The notes beneath the pieces were generated by a model, which saw only the letters and a list, made by a program, of their open reading frames with translations, made no database searches and had not been told where the DNA came from. The position numbers and the translations under genes were made by a program. Of a stretch of 64,000 nucleotides of DNA, positions 56,801 to 64,000 are shown piece by piece (positions within the stretch are counted from its first letter, which is position 1; every line of letters begins with the position of its first letter). The stretch comes from a virus: IMG/VR virus record IMGVR_UViG_3300034683_000333. One strand, written 5' to 3'.

Positions 56801-58072
56801 TCATCCTTCAATTTTTTCACCGAAAATCAAGGATTTAATTGTTTCAAACTCTTCCCCAAACTCCATGAACGCAAGATATCTCGCAAAAGCTGATAACTCA
56901 TCTTCCGTAATGGAGTCAATGTGCTTTTTTATTTGTTTCGTTTTATCGTTCGAATTTCTAATATCGTTCACGAACTCGGTAACTTTTGGTAGAATCACAT
57001 TGGTTCGTGCCACAATCTCATCGACTTCCAAAGCCTCCTCATCAGATTTTTCATCCTTTGTCTTTGTAAGCTTGAAAACACTGTTGATTTTCGGCTTCGA
57101 TGCGTGGAACAAATCATTTTCAATTTCGTGGATCACCAACTCCAAAAGAGCACTCACGTTTTTGGGCTTCACTTCTCCATTGTCAATTTCAAAGCGCAAA
57201 TTCACGATTCGAGTAAACAGCGAATCAACGCCCAAATTCGATTCAAAGACAACGTTTTCATTTTCATCCAGCAACCGAATTTGAGTATTGAGATTTATAA
57301 TATCGCTAAAAACTCTTTCCAAATTTTCCTTGATTTCGGTTTCCGTCTCACCACGGATGATCTGATAAACTTTGTAATATGGAATCTCAAGAAAGAATAC
57401 CTTCCCAGTTTCCTCATCAATCAAAGAAACGTAACATCCAAGCCGCTCGTCATTAAACGATTCGGCTTTCATGGCACCGATAATATAATAATTTTTCTTT
57501 TGATTAAATGTGTACTTATGCAAATGACCTGAAATAATTGGTACATCAGAGCTAAAGTGTTTGCTCAAATACTCCACGGTAACTTCATCATTACCAAATA
57601 CGTCCCTCGTTCCAGCGTGGGCCAAAACAACCTTTACGCCTTCATCGAGAATCGACAAATCAAGATTTTCCTTGTTGTAGTAATGGGGAAGATAAAGTAT
57701 TCCATTTTCAACTGTCGGAACACTAATAATATCATCGTGGAAATAGCGAAGGATGTTATTTTTTTCCCCATCAATCGTGGAATACTTATCATGATTTCCA
57801 ATGATGATCTTAATGTCTTTTGTTTCAGAAAACGTGGATTTCAAAAACTGAATAAAATCGTTAAAATACACAACCTTTCGATAGGTTATGTATTCGCAAT
57901 CCATAACATCACCAAGTAGGGTTATCCTATCAATCGATAAGTTGCCGTTGAAAAATTTATCCTTTAGTTCATCAAGAACGTACTTCAAGTGTTCCATCTG
58001 AATACTATATCGATCATTTATTTCATTTGTTAAATGGAGATCACCAATTATTAAATTCATGTTGCACTCCAA
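56801..58072 (-). CDS. Mre11/SbcD-like metallophosphoesterase (recombination nuclease subunit)
   Basis: IGDLH, LGDVMD, IGNHD, LAH, SGHLH calcineurin-like motifs. Confidence 0.85.
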   Translation of the reverse strand: MECNMNLIIGDLHLTNEINDRYSIQMEHLKYVLDELKDKFFNGNLSIDRITLLGDVMDCEYITYRKVVYFNDFIQFLKSTFSETKDIKIIIGNHDKYSTIDGEKNNILRYFHDDIISVPTVENGILYLPHYYNKENLDLSILDEGVKVVLAHAGTRDVFGNDEVTVEYLSKHFSSDVPIISGHLHKYTFNQKKNYYIIGAMKAESFNDERLGCYVSLIDEETGKVFFLEIPYYKVYQIIRGETETEIKENLERVFSDIINLNTQIRLLDENENVVFESNLGVDSLFTRIVNLRFEIDNGEVKPKNVSALLELVIHEIENDLFHASKPKINSVFKLTKTKDEKSDEEALEVDEIVARTNVILPKVTEFVNDIRNSNDKTKQIKKHIDSITEDELSAFARYLAFMEFGEEFETIKSLIFGEKIEG

Positions 58073-58137
58073 AGTTTAATGTAAATGCTTGTCATACAAA
58101 AAAATCAGAATGGGGGATTATTGTCCCCCACTCAGCT

Positions 58138-58716
58138 TTAAAAATATTGTTCGATGGCCTTTTGTTGAATTTTTTTGTATTCCGCTTCAACGATTCTCAC
58201 AAACTCGTGAATAAGAATTTGGTGCATTTCCTGAACAAATTGGGTATTGTCCGATTTCACATGAAAAACATGGGTAGCAGATTCGGCAAGAGGAGTTTCT
58301 TCATTCATTCCACCAACAAATGCAACTCGGATGATGTGAGGATATCCTTTCACACTATTAAATGCTTTTACAACGTTTGCTGATTTGCCACTTGTGGAAA
58401 AACCAATGATTGTAGAACTAATGTCCACAAATGCAAGTGCTTGGCGTGCGAATACATTTTCATAACCATAATCATTGGAAATAGCAGTCATCACAGCAAT
58501 GTCAGAATTAAGACAGATTGCAGGAAGAGGATCACGATCACGAAAACAACGACCCACTAATTCAGCCACAAGATGTTGTGCATGTGTGGCGCTTCCTCCA
58601 TTACCACAAGCCAACACTGCAAATCCACGATCGAATCCACGGGCAATGTGCAATGCTACGTTTTCCATAATTTTTTCATCAACATCCACAGTCTTCATAA
58701 TTTCGTAAATGTTCAT
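58138..58716 (-). CDS. gmhA: Phosphoheptose isomerase (SIS domain)
   Basis: CGNGGSATHAQH…AEL, TAISNDYGYENVFARQ, STSGKSANV, VQEMH; GGAGG SD at ATG 58716. Confidence 0.9.
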   Translation of the reverse strand: MNIYEIMKTVDVDEKIMENVALHIARGFDRGFAVLACGNGGSATHAQHLVAELVGRCFRDRDPLPAICLNSDIAVMTAISNDYGYENVFARQALAFVDISSTIIGFSTSGKSANVVKAFNSVKGYPHIIRVAFVGGMNEETPLAESATHVFHVKSDNTQFVQEMHQILIHEFVRIVEAEYKKIQQKAIEQYF

Positions 58717-58745
58717 AGGCACCTCCTGTTTTATGGTTCGCACAA

Positions 58746-58774
58746 AATATACTTTATGAGACAGGAAATGTCAA
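58746..58774 (-). promoter_or_regulatory. sigma70-type promoter for the gmhA-nuclease operon
   Basis: TTGACA-17 nt-TATATT. Confidence 0.7.
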
Positions 58775-58855
58775 CGAAAAATTTACCGGGTGTTAAAAAG
58801 CGACCGGCATCCATTTAACATGTAAACAACAATGATGAATGTGATTAAATAGCTA

Positions 58856-58884
58856 TTGACATTGTTCAATAACTGTGATATAAC
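58856..58884 (+). promoter_or_regulatory. sigma70-type promoter (divergent)
   Basis: TTGACA-17 nt-(TGn)TATAAC. Confidence 0.75.
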
Positions 58885-58916
58885 ATAATTACAAAACAAG
58901 ATTGAAGGAGGACACC

Positions 58917-59423
58917 ATGGACATTGAACAAATCGCAGAAAAAAAGATTGTGAAATTCATTTATGAAAATTCCAAGGGAGAAGTCGCCGAATTTGTGATC
59001 AATACCCGAATCCCGTTCGGTGCCGTCGCCAAACGGGATAAGCGTTGGTTCGAAAAAAATCTTGAAAAAATCTCGGATCATCTCAAAAAGCACTACCCCA
59101 AGGTCGCAGAAAAGGCCGTCCTGGATGTTGGTGGGCGCTTTCAACCCAAAACATACGATCCCGATGCCAAGCGGAAGGGACCCGTTTATGTGAACGTGGC
59201 ACCTGGTATCTCCATGCTGAAGGACAAACCAGAACAGCTTTATCTTTCGGGTTATGTCGTAAAGAAAAAGGTTTTGAAAAAGGGTGAATACAAACCCGTC
59301 AAAAGCCGAGAACTTACCCTAGCAAAGCGGGAAATTGAAAATGAATTTAAAACAAATAGGTTTCGAAAATTTAAGATTGATTCGATAAAGGAGTTTTTAG
59401 ATGAAACAAAAGAAGCGGCGTAG
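58917..59423 (+). CDS. Hypothetical early protein; ends in TAG
   Basis: AAGGAGG SD + ATG 58917; no internal TAG; an in-frame TAA follows 9 nt after the TAG. Confidence 0.75.
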   Translation: MDIEQIAEKKIVKFIYENSKGEVAEFVINTRIPFGAVAKRDKRWFEKNLEKISDHLKKHYPKVAEKAVLDVGGRFQPKTYDPDAKRKGPVYVNVAPGISMLKDKPEQLYLSGYVVKKKVLKKGEYKPVKSRELTLAKREIENEFKTNRFRKFKIDSIKEFLDETKEAA

Positions 59424-59534
59424 ACCGATAGCTAACGTGAGGCGGCTTCTTCCCAGCCGCCTCAAAACAAAAACAATCCAAGACAAAAAAAAGTACACCC
59501 GAAAAGAAAAACACAAAAAAAGATCGGGAGAAGG

Positions 59535-59762
59535 TTAGACAAATTCTCCCGATCTCTTTTTACAATATTCAAAAAACGTGCATTCCGAATCTTCGCACGA
59601 ATTCCAATGAAGAAAACAAACCCTACCTTTTTGAATCCTTACATACTAAACGAAACAATCTAAGCACAGACCACTAGTGTACGATTCATTATCTAACAAC
59701 TCTAGATTTTCTTCTTCGTTAAACTAAAACTTACCGCATCGGATACAGTGATTTAGCAACAA
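59535..59762 (-). CDS. Hidden 75-aa Cys-rich (zinc-binding) protein; recoded (2 TAG)
   Basis: GAGG SD + TTG: LLNHCIRCGKF*FNEEE…GLCLDCFV*YVRIQKGRVCFLHWNSCEDSECTFFEYCKKRSGEFV*; absent from the track. Confidence 0.65.
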
Positions 59763-59803
59763 TTAAACCTCGTCTAATTTAAGTTTCACACGAACAGGAA
59801 CAA

Positions 59804-60091
59804 TCATTGGATTTTTCCTAATTTTTTCCATTTTTCGACACTGTAGCTTTCCAGATCGAGCATGGCTTCGTCTTTTGTTCTGAAAAATCCACGCAAGAGA
59901 CGCTTTGTATAGGTGTTAAATAGACCCCATCCACTCAATTCAGTTTCGGGAGTCGGACTAGGCTCATCAAACACCTGGTGAGGAAGCTCCAACTCCTCTT
60001 CCGTCCAGTACCCTCTGAATGCATCCGCATCCGTTGTGTTGAAACTCAAACGAGATTCATCGTAACCACAAGAATGCGTTTCAGTTTTCAC
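59804..60091 (-). CDS. Hypothetical protein
   Basis: Track ORF; start uncertain. Confidence 0.5.
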   Translation of the reverse strand: MKTETHSCGYDESRLSFNTTDADAFRGYWTEEELELPHQVFDEPSPTPETELSGWGLFNTYTKRLLRGFFRTKDEAMLDLESYSVEKWKKLGKIQ

Positions 60092-60236
60092 ATTTCGATT
60101 CCCAATACCAGAAGACCTTTAGAAACCAACAACCCTCATAATCTCCTCCCACGTTGATGATACAAATAACAAAGAAACACCCATACAATAACACTTATTT
60201 CAAAAAATCAACCATTAAACACAAGATGAAACACGA

Positions 60237-62027
60237 TTACGCAATTTGTAACTCACGCAACACACGATCCACCTCCAAAACCATTTTCCGCACCGTTTGT
60301 GAAGATCGGTGAGAAAAGTTAACCATCCAGTGCGGCTTGGTGTTATAAAGCAAGGTTCGTTCCCTTTCCAATGATCGATCAATGATTTTTTCCTATTCCC
60401 CCAGATTATCCGTATAGACATGATTCCTTTGGTCTTCCCAATCCTTTGCAAACTTTGATAAGGCTTCTTTTACCTTTGTTTTCTTATCATCACTTAATTT
60501 TGGAAATTTTTCTGCAATATCAGTAATTTTCCTGTAAATATCAGAAAACTTTTTAACAGGTAGAGTTTGCTACACATTGACCATATCGACATCTGGAACA
60601 GTACCCTCAAACTTATCTGGATGTTGTGAAATAAATGATCCAATCAATCCTTTATGATATGCATTATCTCCATAAATATTCATATTTTCATAGTTCCTGA
60701 ATCCCATAGTTTCTGGATGCTATGTTAAAGATACCCTTGCATCCTTTTCACCATCTTTATTTGTCGTATACATAACAAAATCGTTTGTTTTATGGGACAA
60801 TGCACTTCCAACAACATTTATGTTATCTATAGTTATATTAACTTCCATATTTCCAGTCTCTATATCCTTCTGTAACAATGACTGACAGGAAGGAACATGT
60901 TTATCTGGTGACATAGTTAATATATTCAAAGGATTTTTGCTAACATATATCTTATTCGATGTTCCTGCACCACTTTTTTCGTTAAATCGTTGTCCAAAAT
61001 ATCCGGCCAGTGATTTCAGTTCTTTGTTCAGTTCTTCAAACTTAGAAATCTTCGTACCACTATTAAGAAGTAAGGTTAGATGGGTACCAACAGAAGCCGC
61101 ATCCACCTTCTTCATATGTGAACGCAATTGGCGGATTTCATCCTTCGACGCATCGGGAAGATCCGATTCAAGTCGGGAAAACTCTTTCATTAGTTCTTTT
61201 CGCATAGCCTCACCGTCGCCAACATAGATACCACCTAAATCTTCCCGATAAAATTTGTCAAATTTTTGCCGATCAAATGACAAAAAAACATCGGGGGAAA
61301 TTCCCTCATTCCAGTTGGCAATATTGCTGGAAATGATTGTTTGGGCAACGCCCTTGGAAAATTTGTTGGGATCGTCTCGGAAGGCGGAAATAAGCTGGTC
61401 AAAAAGTCCGTCGGATGAAACAAACGAAGCTTGTCCATGGGTAAGCCCCAATTCTGTAACCGTGCTCAAAAAATTCTGAATACGCTCAACGAGCTTTTCG
61501 TTTTCTCTAAGAGCATGTAATTGGGTATCAGCACCATCATAATCAAACGAAAACGTAAATGGATCTTCCCGTGTGGTCTTAACCCCAAGCGCCTTTCGAA
61601 ACTCGGCCTCAAGCCCGTCCACAAATTGAATATTTCGGTCCACGTTCCCTTTTTTCAATATTTCGCTAAAAAACTGGCGTTTGTCAAACCTTAAAGTTTC
61701 CACACCGAAAAATTCACGATCCCAGCCGTCGAAAATCTCCTGGAATATGCCCTCTCGACTCAGGGTTTCCCGATCCACTCCATGACCGCTTCCGAATAGA
61801 TCCATGACAGCACTTTCCAGATCGGAATCTGTGATGGAATCCTTTAATCTTTCTCCATCAAAAAATTTCTCATGAAGTTCCTTATGGTTTTGTTTCTATT
61901 TTCCAACGGGCGTCAATTCAGTATCTACTCGTTTTTCACCTTCTCTTGTGTAACCCCGAACCTGACGCCCTTTACGTAGGTGGGGTTTTACTAGGATTTG
62001 TTGTTTAACTTTAGGTCCGATCGCCAC
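60237..62027 (-). CDS. Hypothetical (596 aa) protein with basic N-terminus; recoded (4 TAG)
   Basis: GGAG SD + GTG 62027 (AIGPKVKQQILVKPHLRKGRQVRGYTR…); contains track ORF 60720..61805; TAA 60237; ACTAATT at 62058-62064. Confidence 0.8.
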
Positions 62028-62088
62028 ATTAAATCTCCATATTCAATGTTTTTATGAAATTAGTGGCAATCATAAAATGGAGATGAGA

Positions 62089-62165
62089 TGGACCCCGTGG
62101 CAGGATTCGAACCCGCACCCAACGGATTTAGAGTCCGTCGCTCTAACCAATTGAGCTACACGGGG
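62089..62165 (-). tRNA. tRNA with CUA anticodon (amber-decoding), 77 nt, CCA encoded
   Basis: CCCCGTG-TA-GCTC AATTGGTTA GAGC-G-ACGGA CT CTA AA TCCGT-TGGGT-GCGGG TTCGAAT CCTGC-CACGGGG-T-CCA; all four stems pair; anticodon at 62129-62131. Confidence 0.95.
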
Positions 62166-62251
62166 TCATTTATCTATATATCAATTTTATGTTGAACCTC
62201 TCCCACTTACGCTTCGCTAAGAAGTGGGAGATTCTTGAGAAGTTTGGTAGA

Positions 62252-63493
62252 TTACACTACCCTTATTCTCAAAGGGTGGTTCAAACACCCATTATCCCTC
62301 GCAACTTGTATTGCTCTGGGAATGCCTTTGATATATTTTCTTAATATATTCAATGCCCCATTTACGTCAGCATTAATTAACATACCATTGTTTGTTTTAA
62401 AAAGACCTCTCGTTATTCTTCTTGACTTATTGTAATTAGCTTTATTTATTTCTTCTAAATCTATTGCACTACACCCACTTGTATAAGATTCATTAATCAT
62501 TACTACCTTTAACCCTACCAACTCTGCCTTATATTTTATTTTATTGACTAATTCTTGTTGTGGTATTTGCACAAAACTCTTAGCGAAATTCTCTTGTTTA
62601 ATTCCTCTAATATCACCTATAACTATTGTATTACAATTCATTGTAAGTGCTAATTCTACTATTTTTTTACTTATTTTGTGTAATTTATCTTTAATATAAT
62701 CATTTCTTTTCTTTTGTAATTTTATTATTTTCTTTGTTCTTTTAAAATTTTTGCTATCATTACATTGTTTCATAGCAATAGAAGTTAATCTTGCTATTTC
62801 TTTATTGTAATAAGCATTTTTACTTTTTAAATGCTTACCACTAAAAATAATACATTGTTCATTATCTTTAAATACACAAGTTGCAAGATTATCTAATCCT
62901 AAATCAATTGCCATTACATTATCACCAGTTACTTTATTTATAATTTCATTTTCCCATATTATTAGTAAATACCATCTTTTAGAAGAATTATTCCATTGTA
63001 ATTTAATTTGATTAATCCTCGATAAATTCACAGGTATTTTGACATTCTTCATGTCAAAATTTAAACTTTGAACCTGAAACTTATCTTGTATTGCCTTTGA
63101 TAATGATAGCTTTAATATACCATTTTTATACCTTATCCCTGCTGTTGTAAATATTATCTCGTTCTTTTTATTATTTGTATTCTTAAACTTTGGTGGTTTA
63201 GGCAATCCTAAATATTTATTTGGATTTTTCTTATAATCTTTTATTGAAGCAAAATAAGATTTCCAATCCTGTTCTAACATCTTCAAACACCATTGATAAG
63301 TGTGCGAATGTAGAAATTGTGTATGATAATTTTGCTTATATAACTTTTCAGTTTCATAATAGTTTTTAAAACCATTTTCTCTATTTTCATAGTTTGCTAT
63401 GTTATATAGCTTTGTTGTATGATATGATAATTCTTCTATAATATTTTGTTGTAATTGATTTAATTTAGGATAGTATTTAAAACTTACTTTCAT
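62252..63493 (-). CDS. tnpB: RNA-guided endonuclease TnpB (IS1341-type)
   Basis: MAIDLGLDNLA, IVIGD, INESYTS, INADVNGALNI. Confidence 0.9.
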   Translation of the reverse strand: MKVSFKYYPKLNQLQQNIIEELSYHTTKLYNIANYENRENGFKNYYETEKLYKQNYHTQFLHSHTYQWCLKMLEQDWKSYFASIKDYKKNPNKYLGLPKPPKFKNTNNKKNEIIFTTAGIRYKNGILKLSLSKAIQDKFQVQSLNFDMKNVKIPVNLSRINQIKLQWNNSSKRWYLLIIWENEIINKVTGDNVMAIDLGLDNLATCVFKDNEQCIIFSGKHLKSKNAYYNKEIARLTSIAMKQCNDSKNFKRTKKIIKLQKKRNDYIKDKLHKISKKIVELALTMNCNTIVIGDIRGIKQENFAKSFVQIPQQELVNKIKYKAELVGLKVVMINESYTSGCSAIDLEEINKANYNKSRRITRGLFKTNNGMLINADVNGALNILRKYIKGIPRAIQVARDNGCLNHPLRIRVV

Positions 63494-63515
63494 ATTTTCA
63501 CCTCCTTTTAGTTTT

Positions 63516-63544
63516 ATTATATCATAATGTTATCACCTTGTCAA
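63516..63544 (-). promoter_or_regulatory. Consensus sigma70 promoter of tnpB
   Basis: TTGACA-17 nt-TATAAT, then an AAGGAGG SD. Confidence 0.8.
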
Positions 63545-63584
63545 CTATGTTTTTTTATGATATAATATATTTGGGGGTGATAAT

Positions 63585-63740
63585 ATGGCTATTTCAAAGG
63601 ATAATACAAGGACTCTTATTACTATTCCAAAAGAGTTAAAAAAACAACTAGAAGAAATTGCTAAGCAAGATAATAGAAGTTTTAATAATTTAGTGGTCAA
63701 AATTCTAAAAGACTATGTTAGCAATTCATCTCCCACCTAA
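63585..63740 (+). CDS. Ribbon-helix-helix (CopG/Arc-like) DNA-binding protein, 51 aa
   Basis: TRTLITIPKELKKQLEEIAKQDNRSFNNLVVKILKDY pattern; below the track cutoff. Confidence 0.75.
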   Translation: MAISKDNTRTLITIPKELKKQLEEIAKQDNRSFNNLVVKILKDYVSNSSPT

Positions 63741-64000
63741 AGAGGTGGGAGTCTTCTTGCTTGTTTTCTGATAAAAACTTTTTGTAAATATTCTGCAAAA
63801 ATTCTTCATCAACAACCTCAAATGAATAATCAATTTTATCCAAAAACTTCTTCATTTGATTTATATAATCATTGATATTGTCCATATCTTTATTACATGT
63901 GACATCCTGTGTCAAGTCATTACCAACTCCAAATTCAACGTCTTCTTCCTCCATTGGCAATTTTTTTATCATTGATTTTAACACTTTCAGTGAATCATCA
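63718..64000 (-). CDS. 3' part of a hypothetical gene entering from the right edge; its C-terminus is altered by the IS insertion
   Basis: The frame is open to 64000. Removing the IS at TTTAT|CATAA gives the native end …IYKKFLS*(TAA). Confidence 0.6.
   Translation of the reverse strand, partial: DDSLKVLKSMIKKLPMEEEDVEFGVGNDLTQDVTCNKDMDNINDYINQMKKFLDKIDYSFEVVDEEFLQNIYKKFLSENKQEDSHLFRWEMNC

Larger units (their letters stand above)
62192..63770 (-). mobile_element. IS1341-like non-autonomous element: tnpB + divergent RHH gene, no tnpA
   Basis: Left end after TTTAT (63771-63775) with hairpin CTCCCACCT…AGGTGGGAG; right end hairpin CTCCCACTT…AAGTGGGAG then TTCAA|C. Confidence 0.85.

Noticed and set aside
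59439-59800. Hairpin-rich stretch as a possible structured ncRNA
   Set aside because: Explained by terminator hairpins (59439-59463, 59521-59561) plus the hidden recoded gene 59535..59762.
62089-62165. tRNA-Pyl / pyrrolysine system
   Set aside because: The tRNA has a normal GG-containing D-loop, TTCGA T-loop, 5-bp anticodon stem and 5-nt variable loop; TAGs are scattered at many sites per gene; no pyl genes in the window.
1-64000. CRISPR array, DGR or self-splicing intron
   Set aside because: No regularly spaced direct repeats, reverse transcriptase or intron-like interruption seen; the repeated hairpins (CCACCTATAGAGGTGG and similar) are IS200/605 ends.

Overview
The window is part of a large, AT-rich bacteriophage genome (GGAG Shine-Dalgarno sites, sigma70 promoters, SNF2 helicase, SbcD-like and 5' nucleases, no host housekeeping genes). 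The main result is that the ORF track is misleading: TAG is a sense codon here. By manual count about 115 in-frame TAGs in about 22 genes join the short track ORFs into long genes that start at SD+ATG/GTG and end at TAA/TGA (1518, 2511, 1498, 848, 769 and 761 aa among them). A tRNA with a CUA anticodon and an unusual acceptor stem (C1:G72, U73) is encoded at 62089-62165. At family-conserved positions (AdoMetDC HT*PE, GNAT F*xKxGF, a kinase ASK*V, a holin-like TM helix) TAG sits where an aromatic residue is expected. Trp is most likely, Tyr is not excluded, and the Gln known from code-15 phages fits poorly. Most recoded operons are preceded by a heptamer ACTAATT (candidate late promoter, palindromic and bidirectional at 30348-30357). 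Genes under host-type TTGACA/TATAAT promoters lack in-frame TAG, and two end in TAG, suggesting a temporal code switch. The window also carries an IscB element, a nested tnpA/tnpB pair, a tnpB+RHH element just upstream of the suppressor tRNA, and a solo IS right end fused to an ssb stub. All calls are by eye from motifs; no searches were run, and the exact amino acid for TAG needs alignment or proteomic confirmation.
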